A program made the position numbers and the translations under genes. From Octopus sinensis (taxonomy: Eukaryota), in the NCBI RefSeq assembly GCF_006345805.1, contig NC_043005.1:100750001-100814000 (forward strand): 64,000 nucleotides of DNA, read 5' to 3'. A model generated the notes under the pieces. It was not told where the DNA came from and did not search any database. It worked only from the letters and a program-made list of their open reading frames with translations. Of the stretch, positions 23,598-36,245 are shown in pieces. Numbering within the stretch: the stretch's first letter is position 1; every line of letters begins with the position of its first letter.

Positions 23598-23644
23598 AAT
23601 AAAACGTATATATTTGGTATTCTACCAAATATATACGTTTTATT
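23598..23644. repeat. Perfect 22-bp hairpin with a 3-nt loop
   Basis: AATAAAACGTATATATTTGGTA-TTC-TACCAAATATATACGTTTTATT. Confidence 0.9.
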
Positions 23645-23774
23645 TATTATTTTGTACATTACTTAATCATCATTATATTTTTTATCTTATATTTAATCTT
23701 TCTATTATATGTAATTTTCTAGATGATGTAATTTAATTTTTCATTTTGAATTGATAAAAGGTGGGTTTTTTCTA

Positions 23775-23838
<64 letters not shown>

Positions 23839-23846
23839 TATGTACA

Positions 23847-23962
23847 ATTTCAATGGAGGCATTACCAGCGGAAAACTAGAAGAACATGATCTATTATTCA
23901 ATACAATATTCAATATATTGAATATTCCTCTAGTTTTCCGCTGGTATTGCCTCCATTGAAAT
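23847..23962. repeat. Inverted repeat (34-bp arms, 33/34) enclosing a 22-bp palindrome
   Basis: Arms 23847-23880 and 23929-23962; AATATTCAATATATTGAATATT at 23905-23926. Confidence 0.9.
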
Positions 23963-24559
23963 CATAAATTGGAACTTAGCTCAATTAGAGCACTTTAATT
24001 CTAGCCCATTTCTGAGCATTGTTAAATTAACAATCTCTACTTAAAATTGTATAATTTATATATATATTGCAAACTGACTGCCATTATAGTTCTACATAGA
24101 GTCAACTTGTAACTAAAAAAAAAAAAAAACATTACTAGAGCAAAATAGTCTCTTTGCATAGAGCAGATAGAAAACTCTAAACTACAGTTCACTCTTTATG
24201 ATTCCACAGCAGGATCGTCTCAAGAAACTTTACAGAATCTTTATAACCATTCCTCTTCAAATAAGATGGTTCTGTAAGCAGTACCATTGCTAATATAGCC
24301 ATAATATTTTTGGTCATCTTTACTTGTAATTCCACACTACACAACAAAGTCTCACTTGAATTCGCCTCCCTTGTAAGTTTACTTTCTAACTGTAATTATT
24401 TTTCTCGTTAATTCTGGTCAGTTCACCATATAATCACAGTTATGATAATACAGCTATTACATCAAGCAGTATATTCCAAAGCAAGATTCATGTCTTCATT
24501 AAACTTTATGATATTTCTCCGTTTATGAGAGGATATCACAATCTTTAGAGACTCATCAC

Positions 24560-24800
24560 AAGGTCAGTCACATCTCTAGGAAAAGCGACAAATCTCTCCA
24601 GCACTGCTAGAAATCATCCTTTTGTATACACTTTCCATATTTCAAAGCCGTATCTGTTCTTCTGTGTCACACATCAATGTTCTCTCACTTTTAGGAACTT
24701 TTGACAAAGCCATCTTGTGTATCTTTGACATCAGCAAAACCTTTGACCATGTTTTACTTGAGGATCTCCAAGCAAAGGCATTCCACTATGAGCAGTCACT
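24560..24800 (+). mobile_element. CR1/Jockey-like LINE RT remnant
   Basis: FDISKTFDHV...LQAK (cf. LDISKAFDxV). Confidence 0.5.
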
Positions 24801-25439
24801 GCCTATCTATAAGATACAACAGTACCCTACATTTCTGTGTATTCCTCTCCTGTTTTAAATAGAATAACTGTCACACACACACACATTCTGTATCACATGC
24901 TAAAACAGCCATTCAAAGGATTAGCAATATTTCACCTACACCAATATAGTATGGCTTCTCTCTCTCTATCTTCTAGCATTACTTCATGTGTTGCTGCTCC
25001 ACTCAACTAGCAATTTATAGATATCACCCAACAGCCATCCTTTGTCCATCCTTACTGCGTCTCACCACAAAAACCTCTGTATTAAGCTCTTCTCCCACGC
25101 ATTCAGTTACAAAACTCATATCATCACTAAGTAATGATACACTCCTACTGGTATTATGTAATAACACTCAGCCACCATTTCTATAACGCCATTCCACAAA
25201 CAAAATCATGCAACTATATCTTATTGGTATTATGTAATTACACAATACCACCACCAACATTATGTAACTACACTACCATCACTAATATTATGTAACTTCT
25301 CGCTACTACCAACATAACTACTCTCTATCATTATTGCATCATCACACTCTATCACTATCATTATATAATAATAACCTCTTGCTACCATCATCATGCGATA
25401 GCCACACTCAACCACTAAGATAACCATATATATATGGCA

Positions 25440-25765
25440 TGTGAAGGTGCATGGCTTAGTGGTTAGGGCATTCGGCTCATGATCGTAAGGTCATGAGTTC
25501 GATTCCCGGCGATGCGTTGTGTCCTTGAGCAAGACACTTTATTTCATGTTGCTTCAGTCCACTCAGCTGGCAAAAAGGAATTGTACCTGTATTTCAAAGG
25601 GCCGGCCTTGTCACATTCTGTGTTATGCTGAATCTCCCAGAGAACTATGTTAGGGGTACATGTGTCTGTGGATTGCTCAGTCACTTGCACGTTAATTTCA
25701 CGAGCAGGCTGTTCCATTGATTCTATCAGCTGGGACTCTCGTCGTCATAACTGATGGAGTGATCC
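25440..25765 (+). mobile_element. SINE family C
   Basis: A box TGGCTTAGTGG, B box GTTCGATTCC, CCTTGAGCAAGACAC central box, distinct tail. Confidence 0.85.
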
Positions 25766-25767
25766 TA

Positions 25768-26200
25768 TATAACCACATCCTATCATCGTCAACATAACCA
25801 AACCTACCATTAACATATATTCACACCTACAGTTAACATCATATAACCACACCTACAATTATCATATAGCCACACCCTGCCACCAGCATTATATAACCAC
25901 ACTCTAACACCAACATTATATAAACCACATCCTATCACTGACATTATATAACCACACCTACAATTATCATAAAACCACACCCAAACATTAACATTATATA
26001 AGCCACATCCTACCAACGACATTATATAACCACACCTACATTTATCATATAACCACACCCTAAGACTAACATTATATGAGTCACATCCTGACACTGACAT
26101 TAGATAACCACACCCTCTCACCATCAACATAATGATATCCTACCATTTACATTATATAACCATACCCTAACAATAAATTTTCTATACCACACCCTACTAT
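25768..26200. repeat. Degenerate ~27-30-bp minisatellite (CATTATATAACCACACC...)
   Basis: Seen directly; explains ORF 25810..26130. Confidence 0.85.
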
Positions 26201-26444
26201 TAACACCATATACCCTCATCCCACCACATAATATAACTATACCCACTCCCTATCACCCTCGTTATTTAACTGCATCCTACCACAAATATTTAGCACACAC
26301 TACCATTGCCCCTTTTCTCTTGACTCTATGGTAAAACTCTTCCTCCCAGCAACATAGACTCACATCCTGTTATCATCATTTCACAGCTATACCCCACCAC
26401 CAATAATATGTATCTGCACCCTACCACCAATATATAACCATACC

Positions 26445-26665
26445 TATTTCTTTACTACCCACAAGGGGCTAAACACAGAGGGGACGAACAAGGACAGACA
26501 AACAGATTAAGTCGATTACATCGACTCCGGTGCGTAACTGGTACTTAATTTATCGACCTCGAAAGGATGAAAGGCAAAGTCGACCTCGGCGGAATTTGAA
26601 CTCAGAACGTAACGGCAGATGAAATACTGCTAGGTATTTCGCCCAACGTGCTAACGTTTCTGCCA
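26445..26665 (-). mobile_element. SINE family B, full length
   Basis: Collinear with 4918-5142. Confidence 0.9.
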
Positions 26666-27221
26666 TACCACCACACCCTACAGTCACCTTTTATACAACC
26701 ACACCCAGCTACATTGCCATGTCAACCACAGTGCTTGGCTGGAGTATTGAAGAGAACAATGATAATGTATCATATGTGTTTCTGAGTTACTCTGAACTAT
26801 GGAGTAGGAGTGTTTGGGTGAAGTTATGTTTTAGTTGATCGTGGGTGGAGGAGATGGAATACCAGGAGGAGGAGGAGTTTGGGGGCGGAAAGAGGAATTA
26901 AACCAAGGATGATGCGAAGAGAGGAACCAGTTGTGCCAGATGGGTTTTGGGAGATGTAGTGCTTTGTAGGTATGTGGTTTTTGACTCAGAATGTATTGGA
27001 AATGCATAGAAATACATGCTTAAATAATGGTTTCAAATTTTGGCACGAGGCCAGCAGTTTCAGGGAAGGGGTAAATCGATTACATCGACCCCAGTGCATA
27101 ACTGGTACTTATTTAATCGACACCAACAGGATGTAAGTCAAAGTCGACCTTGGGCTGTTAGCTTTGAACGCGGATGGTTTGTATATAGTTGACCATAATG
27201 TATAATTTTTTCACTCTGCAT

Positions 27222-27253
<32 letters not shown>

Positions 27254-27889
27254 CACATACACACACACACAAAGAGTGAAAGAAAGAAAGAGAGATTTTG
27301 CATACACCAGATATATGTTTAGGCAGGAAAGTATTTGATGTTTGCAAGAACAAGATTTGTAGGAAGAGAAGAATAAGCAAATGAACAAAGTTAAAAGACA
27401 GCAGAGTAATTAAAGAAATGCAATCCTTTAATAAACCTTACAAATATATTTATAACTCAATCTATATGGAATTGTTTTTTGTTTTTTGGTTTCACTTAAT
27501 ACAAACGTGTATCTAAGTTCACTTTACTGATTGGAATCTATTCATGAAAATTGAGAGATTTTGTTCAGTTGACAGTAATACAAGTTGTGATCAGTCTTGC
27601 AGTAAATATGTCCATTCCACCACAGCAGAAATGTATGCCTCAGCTCACAGATATTTACATATGCTCATCACACCAGTTGTCACTTTTGTAATCTCACTCT
27701 TCGCAAAACTGATACAAATATTTCGATGTTGTTTCTATTCTGACCAAGTGAGTTATTCACCAAATGAAAACTATAATAAACAGACATGTCATGCTTGTAA
27801 TCTTACTTGAAATAAGACAAAATGAATATTCCTACAAACATATAATATAACAGAAGTGGAAAAACTGAGTAGTGCTATATTATTATTAC

Positions 27890-28080
27890 CGTATTTCGTT
27901 TTTGGATTTGGTTTGCAAGATTCTTTATGTGAGTTTGTGTGTTGAAGCATATTCTGTTGTTTCTGGGGTGAGTCATTCTCTTTTAGTGCCTTATAATTTA
28001 ACACACTCACCGGTAAAATTTCTACTTATTTCTTTTTCCTTTTTCTAAAATTTTTGCTGTGTCTTGCAACCTTTTCGTTA
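27890..28080 (-). mobile_element. Solo Penelope pLTR / 5' fragment
   Basis: Matches 9808-10005 and 15228-15420; ORF 27789..28010 reads NYKALKENDSPQ. Confidence 0.75.
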
Positions 28081-28649
28081 AATTTTGACAGGTCTCCAAA
28101 AAAGCATTCATTTCTCATATGTTGCTGCCATTTCACATTTAGGGCCATTTGTAGTGTCCTTGTATAGCATCCATATAGCCTGTTTGCATGAACTTACAGC
28201 TATGAGCCATGGCCTATCCATAGAGTTATAAAAGGCATGATTAACCACCCAAGAGGAGACAACACCCAAATAAATGTTAAGCAGTCAATCAGCATTGGCT
28301 TCTGTGTATCAACCAACTGGTAAATAGCAAAGGAGGGTGATGTAAGCATTAATTTGCAATTTGAAAGGTTCTGCAAGGTTTTGTTCAGGGCTGTCTAAAC
28401 TGGTGATTTGGTCCCCACACCAGAATCAACTCATATTCCACACAGAATTTTGTCACACTACCCTGCAAGATGTGTTCTCAACTTCTTTAATTTGTCCTTG
28501 TATATTATTCTAAGAATAAAGGTTAGTTTATCCTCGAGCTTTGATGCTGAGATCTATCCATCTATCAATTTACTTGTTCTGTGTTACCCTTGTTTCTATA
28601 AAGATGTAGGACACATGTAACAACAAATTTAATGAAATCATTCTCTGCA

Positions 28650-28792
28650 TCTTCATCATCTTCATCATCGTTTAACGTCTGCTTTCCATGCTAGCATGGG
28701 CTGGACGATTTGACTGAGGTCTGGCAAACCAGATGGCTGCACAAGACTCCAATCTTGATCTGGCAGAGTTTCTACAGCTGGATGCCCTTCCT
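28650..28792 (-). mobile_element. RTE 3' tail fragment
   Basis: (CAT)n-GTTTAACGTCTGCTTTCCATGCTAGCATGGG. Confidence 0.85.
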
Positions 28793-29109
28793 CTTTGTTT
28801 TAAATCTTCAAGTATTACCTAGAAGCACATACACATGTTCTTCATCATTATATAAATACACCTTTGTATATATTTAAGATATAAACAGTGAAACTTCATA
28901 AATGTATAGAAAAACAGACATATCTGCATGGTTATTTCTGTCCACAAACACAGCCTCTTACCTAATTGTCTATTATACACAACATAACACTGCCCTGTCT
29001 CCACTATAAAAATCTTTCACTATTGCACTTATGTGGCCAATTTTAGCATATTAGTTTTGTACAGCTAACTTTCAGGGAGTTATTTTTTTAAGATAGCTGC
29101 ATATTTTAG

Positions 29110-29217
29110 AGGATTCCTTTATCAGCTTGCAAAGGAAAGAAATCATTGTGCAACAATTCCAATAAATGAAATTCCAACTAAAACACAAAGGGATACGGGA
29201 ATATCACTTCCACAATG
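29110..29217 (+). CDS. Candidate terminal exon (GFLYQLAKERNHCATIPINEIPTKTQRDTGISLPQ*)
   Basis: ATATTTTAG acceptor, open frame, then a long repeat-poor UTR-like stretch; no homology recognised. Confidence 0.25.
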
Positions 29218-31194
29218 AGATCTTGTGTCTGGTTTGTATGGCTTTATGCATGATTAACAGTGGCAAATGTGAAATGATGTTGTTAATACTGCTGTCGTTG
29301 AGGATGATGCTGATGATGATGATGATGGCTACCAGAAACCATTCATTCCTTGTTTCTTCTCATGTGATATTGGAAAAGGAAGGAAAAAGAACAAAGAAAG
29401 AAATTTTAAAATAACACCACGGAAAATTATCTTACATCTATCAAAATATCAAAGAAAAAGTTGAATCATTTCTTTCTTTTTTTCTTTCTGCCTTTTCTTC
29501 TTCCTTAAAGCTAGATATCTTTGAAATTATACTTCCTCCAATTTTATTCTCATTTTCTGCTTCTTTTGAAAATTTGATTCACATCGGAAGAAAGAAGAAC
29601 TTATAATAACCATTCAACAATATAACTTTCTTTCAATAATTCTAATATATTTTAATAGCTTTCGCTTATTTTTTTTTCCTCTGTTAATGATGTTACATTT
29701 TAAACTAGATTTTTCCTATTATTATATGCAAACTTGATGTCTTGACAACAAAGAAAATTACTTCCCCTTGACACATACATTAACACACAGACAGAGACAG
29801 CAACACTTCTTGAAGTTCCTTCCAACAATAATAATGGTGTAACATCCCAACAATGCAGTAATGAAAGATGTTTAGTGTCTAAAGACATTTATAAAATTTA
29901 CATAGTTATTAACTATTTATGGAAGATAAATGTGAGTTGAATATAGTGTTTAATCTATTTGTGTATTTAATGATTTTACTATTTTGCTTTAGATTGGTTT
30001 TGTTTTTTGCCTTGTTTTGTTGGGGGTTTTTTCTGGCTTTTTTTTTTTTGAAAAGAAAGCCATATTTTAATGGCAACACATAAATAATTGGCAGATGAAT
30101 CCACTCAGTATGTTTTTATTAGAAACAATCAGAAATTCTATGACAGACTCAATAGAAATAGATAAAGATCAATGAAGTCACAGTTTCTGCTCTGAACAAC
30201 CTCTGAAATAAATAATTCAAAAGGAAAGTAATTACTGGTGGTAGTGGTGTCAGCAATAATGATAATGATCATGATCATGATAATGATGATGATCGCCATG
30301 ACGACGATGATGACGACTGTAAAAATATTCATGATATCTTCTACAGGCACTAAGAATTTTTTATTTCTTTTGATAGGCCAAGTGAAGAATATGTTTTGTT
30401 GAAAAAAAGCACTGAAAACATTAGGATGATGAAAATAAATTATTTTTGAAACTGAACACAAAATTCTTTCTTGATAAAGTAATAAAGATGGGTGTATCAC
30501 TGTTGACCGATGAAAGAAAAACTAAAACGATCTTTGGAGTTAAGCTCGCAGAAAATTTGATAGCATTCCTACTTTATTGTAGGAATTTTATCTAATGGCA
30601 TGTGTTTTAAAGTTTGAATGGAATGTTGTAAGTCTTTTAAAGTCAATAGTGTAGTAGACTGACAACAATAGCAGCAGAAGCCAGAAAATCCATAATCCAG
30701 GTGTAGAGTTGCTGAAGTAGATGGGTATCAGTCAGTTGGTTAAAGGGTGCTGCTTAACTCTATAAGGGCTGAATAATTACCAAGTGTTTTCATGGCATTG
30801 TTGAACGTCAGGCTTGGTAATTACAGTGGTAAAGCATTGAAATTATGACACAAATTAGAATATCTCATTCAAATTTAATCAAAGTATGTTTAAGCAGCAA
30901 GTAGAATTTCGATAGATAAGAACTGCAAAAGACCATTGTCATCATCATCATGATCATCATCATGATCATCATCGCTTAATGTCCGTTTTCCATTCTGGCA
31001 TGGGTGGAACGGTTATTGTGTACATGTGTATTTTGGTCAGTGTTTGTATTTGACACAACAATACGAATTTAAAAATAAGTTTTCTGCCTGCCTGCCTACC
31101 TATCTATCTACCTATCTATCTATCTCTCATTCTACCTATTTATCTATCTATCTATACACACACACACACACACATATATATATGTATAGTCTTT

Positions 31195-31414
31195 CTTTAT
31201 TTTCTTTCACTTGTGTCAGTCATTTGACTGTGGCCATGCTGGAGCACCACTTTTAGTCAAGCAAATCAACTCCAGGACTTATTCTTCGTAAGCCTAGTAC
31301 TTATTCTATCAGTCACTTTTGCCAAACCACTAAGTTACAGGGATGTAAACACACCAGCATCGGTTGTCAAGCGATGTTAGGAGGACAAATACAGACACAC
31401 AAATATATACGCAC

Positions 31415-31458
<44 letters not shown>

Positions 31459-31603
31459 GATGGATTTCTTTCAGTTTCCGTCTACTAAATCCATTCACAA
31501 GGCTATAGCAAAAGACGCTTGCCCAAGGTGCCACACAGTGGGACTGAACCTGGAATCATGTGGTTGGTAAGCAAGTTACTTACCACACAGCCACTCCTGC
31601 ACC
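31195..31603 (-). mobile_element. SINE family A
   Basis: Collinear with the family. Confidence 0.9.
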
Positions 31604-31751
31604 TATATATGTATGTGTGTGTCTATGTATATATATATATATATATATTAATAGAAATGGTATGACAACAAAAGAATGAATGAGACCTTGATATTATGTA
31701 AATAGAGGAATTTATCTGTAATATAATATGTGGCAATTATTCGGTAGCCAT

Positions 31752-31812
31752 AATAAGACCCTGAGTTTCGGATGTCAGGGCAGAAACCTGCTCAGGCATC
31801 TCGTCAGTTATC
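31752..31812 (-). ncRNA. Type I hammerhead motif, canonical core and GUC triplet, inside a ~350-bp microsatellite-flanked element (about 31628-31975)
   Basis: Minus strand GATAA-CTGACGA-GATG...GCAGGTTTCTGC...CATCC-GAAA-CTCAGGG-TC-TTATT. Confidence 0.7.
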
Positions 31813-31979
31813 AAGGCAATCAAAAAATGCTATGGAAATGACCAATAAACAAAGGGAAATTACTATGTAATGGACCGTTATTAAGTCAAAAGAGCTATTA
31901 GAATGACCGTTAAATAAGGGGGAAAACTGAAGGGGAGAAAGTAAAATAGTAAAGGAGTAAAAATGCTCATAGAAATCGC

Positions 31980-32400
31980 GTATGTGTACGTACGTACATA
32001 CACATGCATGCATGCACACCCACGTACATGTGCCTATGTACATATGCTCACTCACACTCACATGTACATGCACACCCACATATATGCCTATATATGCACA
32101 TATACAGGCAACCATACATGTACACATATGCATATCTGCACACATGCAAGCATGTGCACACCCCATACATGCACAATTATATTCAAATACACATCTAAAA
32201 TATGCACGTGCTATATATGCATATGCTCACTCACATTTGCATGAAACACATGCTTGTACACCCACATATATATATGCAACCATACACATGTACATATACA
32301 TGTACATATATACACACCAACACACACACACGTATATATGCCTATATTCACACAAAAATATTCATATACACATCTGTATACACACATGCACAAGAAAAAT
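31980..32400. repeat. (CA/TA)-rich degenerate microsatellite
   Basis: Seen directly; source of several spurious ORFs. Confidence 0.9.
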
Positions 32401-32499
32401 GCGGGGTGAAAGGTAAAATACAGAAAAATATGTAAAAATATATAAAGAAATAAAAATATGTAAAAAAATATATAAAAATATATATAAAAAATTAGGTTT

Positions 32500-32800
32500 A
32501 TATATTTGTTTTGCAAGATTCTTGATGTGAAATCATGTGTTGAAACAGATGTTGTGTTTAGGAATGGTCATGTTGCCAGTTTAGCCAATAAAAACACACA
32601 CACTGTATATTTGGTGTTAATTTGCTTCACCTTTATTTATTACATTAATCTTAATCTTATTTCAGCCAGAGTTCTTTCGTCACACTTCTCACTTGCACAT
32701 TGCATCTGCTTCCTCTTATGCCTAACTTTTCTACAAATATATAGTGCGTGTGTTTTTATTGGCTAAACTGGCAACATGACCATTCCTAAATACAACAACA
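32500..32800. mobile_element. Second Penelope-family pLTR pair in inverted arrangement with a filler
   Basis: ~64-bp arms (about 32549-32612 and 32735-32800); minus strand encodes HNICFNT...HIKNLAKQI, similar to the 15360-15415 translation; hammerhead-like GTGACGA...GAAA at 32660-32683. Confidence 0.65.
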
Positions 32801-32818
32801 TATATAAAAATATATATA

Positions 32819-32851
<33 letters not shown>

Positions 32852-33384
32852 GATAGATAAATAGATAGATATAGATATATATACATGTATATATAAAGAC
32901 AGATAGATGGATGTGATATTCAAGATCAACTGATTATACCCTTACTACAACAAAGAACTCAACACTGTGACATGTAGAATATATGTTTAATAATTCTGAT
33001 GCTACAGCTGGCCAACAGTTTCCTAGAAGCAGCTGACCAATCAGTGCTGAAAATATTGAGCCAAACATGATCAACTGTTAACCTCTATGATAAGGCACCA
33101 AAGCTAATTCATATCAAGTTATACCAACAGCAGAACACTGACATAGAATAGTTCATACAAATAGATTTGGGTTGGATTATATGCAGCTTAGATTTCCAAA
33201 ACAAATTCTATATTTCTGGTGAGACAACAGCACGGAAGTATTAGGCAGATAACAAACAGCGAGATATAAGAGAATCGGTGAGTGCTGTGAAGAATCTGTT
33301 GAGGATGAGCACCTCTTGAAAGGGATAGATGAGAGGGAGAGAGAGAGAGTGTGTACTAATATGTACTTCACATATTTCCTCCTC

Positions 33385-34270
33385 CTCCTCCTCCTTTAGT
33401 GTTTGTTTACCTTGCTGGCAGAGGCAGGATGATTTGACCAGAGATAGCAAACATGAGAGCTGCACCAGATTCCAGCCTGACATGGCTTGGTTTCTATGGT
33501 TCGATGCCCTTCCTAATGCCAACCACTTTACAGAGTGGCACTGGGTGCTCTTTACATGGGACTTACACAGGTACTCTTGTGTGGTGCCAGCATGGGTGCC
33601 TTTTATGTAGCCCCAGCATGAGTCCATTTTGCATGGCACTGGCACAGGGCCCTAGCAGGCCAATCCTCTTCAGCAACGGGAGTGGCATTAACACTTCTGC
33701 CTTGGAGGATGAGTCTTCTTGTGTACAGCAAGGTGCCAGATGTTTCAGCCCTTTCTCATCTCCTGCATAAGGTTCAGTGTCCTAAGATCTTCCTTCAGTA
33801 CTTCATCCCATGTCTTCCTGGGTCTCCTGCTTCGATGAGCACCATCCACTTTGAGTGACCACCACTTCTTTATGGAGCTGTCAGCATCCATCCACATCAC
33901 ATGACCAAACCAACAGTCTTCTCTCTTGCACATTGCATCTGCTTCCTCTTATGCCTAACTTTTCTCTCTACCCACTTGCACTTGTCACACCTAATGGAGC
34001 ATGCTACCCTCATTCCTCTATAGCCTTCACATGTCCTCTGCATTCATGGCCCACATCTCACTATCATGTAGAATTGCTATTCGTATACATACCTCATACA
34101 GTCTTCCTTTCACTTGGAAGAGAGACTTTTGGTCTCCAAAAGAGGTAAGCGCTCTCTGAATTTTCCCTATCCTATTCTTATTCTAGCTATTATATGCTCT
34201 GTACATCCTCCCCCACTTCTAATTTGGTTCCCTAGGTAGCAGAAATTATCCACTACTTCTAAAGAACCTT
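33385..34270 (-). mobile_element. 5'-truncated RTE LINE with coding remnant and 3' UTR
   Basis: EVVDNFCYLG...GGGC...IARIRIG; EKLGIRG; WFGHV...RPRKTWDEVLKEDL. Confidence 0.85.
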
Positions 34271-34679
34271 CAGTGATTAAATATTTCTCAGATTGTCAAT
34301 GCATTCATAGTGAAATTTAATCTATTTAGAAAAGATATTTCTCTCATAGTCTGATTCTGTCTACTTTAGTTCAGTCTCAGAGATGGCTACACTGGAATTC
34401 AAGATGAAATTTTGATAAAAATTACTCAGCTAATTGGTATACTTATGGCAGAGGCTATCGTTAACATCTTTAAAAATTTAACTGAGAAGGGAGTTTCAAA
34501 TAGTAACTAAGAATAAAGTAGTAATTAGGGGCTAAGACAAAAGCAGAAGTCTGTAGCAAGGACCAGAAAAATACTCCTGACCTCCGCAGAAAAAATTAAA
34601 AAAAGAACTATAGCCTTATGCAGAAAAGGATTAATTAGAAACTCAAATTTATTTCATGATTGAAAATAATATTCTTTTT

Positions 34680-35067
34680 CTTCTTTCAGTCATTTGACTG
34701 CAGCCATGTTGGAGTACCACCTTTAGTTGAGCAAATCGACCCCAGAGCTTATTCTTTGTAAGCCTAATACTTATTCTATCGGTCTGTTTTGCTAAACTGC
34801 TAAGTTACGGGGACATAAACACACCAGCATCGGTTGTCAAGCGATTTTGGAGGGACAAACACAGACACATAAACATACACACACACACATACATATACAT
34901 ATACGACGGTCTTCTTCCAGTTTCCATCTACCAAATCCACTCACAAGGCTTTGGTCAGCCCAAGGCTATAGTAGAAGACACTTGCCCAAGGTGCCATGCA
35001 GTGGGACTGAACCCATGACCATGTGGTTGGGTAAGCAAGCTACTTACCACACAGCCACTCCTGCACC
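34680..35067 (-). mobile_element. SINE family A
   Basis: Collinear with the family. Confidence 0.9.
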
Positions 35068-35436
35068 TGAAATTATGAATTTGTATTGATTTGAGATAGA
35101 ATCTGAATTTTAAATGTCTTATGAATGACTTTGGAAACTAAATGAAACCTATGAACATTGGCTAATAGAGAAAAGATGAAATAGAATCTAGAGGCATTCA
35201 AAAATCTTGTATTGCAGATATAGTGTACCAATACCAATACCAACATAGAAAACATGATCATAAAAGTTAATCATTTGATTTACTATCCTGACAAAATCTG
35301 AATGAGTTGGTATGACAGAAAATTTCTCTACACCAAGATCATATGTCATCTAACCATCTTATGTCTGACTATGCAATCTCTCTGCAATCTCTATTAGCCT
35401 CTGCTATCCATGTGCACAATAAATCCCCATATATCC

Positions 35437-35526
<90 letters not shown>

Positions 35527-36189
35527 ACATGCTGTACATCAACTGGCAGCCTGTCTCCTACATTCAGCTGCACTTAACAAAATCAACAAATTACAAGATA
35601 TATATAAACATGAGTAAAATAAAGGTTGTTGTTGTGGCAACCAGTTATGAGGAGTACTGTAGATATACAGTAATGGTATTTACCAACAGTCAATTCTGAT
35701 TTAAGAGAACAAGATGGTGATTGATATTACATACACACACAAACATTCACCTAGAAGCACATACAAGCATGAACACTATTCGTATATCATAGATTCATAT
35801 ATATTAGGAAAAAAACTGAAACATATTGGAAAATAGGTGGATCTAACAAATAGTTATTCAAGAGAGGTTCTCCTTTAAGTGGGGATTTAAAAGCACTCAC
35901 AAAATTATATCACAATTTTATTGATTTTTCAAACTGAAGGGGGAAAAAAAAAGTAGAAACAATTTGCTCCTGGTGTTATAAATTTCAATTGAAGGAAAGT
36001 GTTATAAAAACAAAAATTCAATTATAAATGAACTGTGGATTCGAAGATTAAAGTCAACTACCTCTAATATATTTTATTTTATTTCTGTCTTTCTCTTGTC
36101 TTCCTCCCCGCTTTTATCCGATTAGCTTCTAAAGTGCAATTGAGGTGGAAAGTAGAAGAGAGAGATGGTACATGTGTGTGCGTGTGTGT

Positions 36190-36245
<56 letters not shown>

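Noticed and set aside
25445-25515. tRNA-like sequence with A and B boxes (also the other family C heads)
   Set aside because: It continues into a SINE body and lacks a proper acceptor stem, so it is a SINE head, not a tRNA gene.
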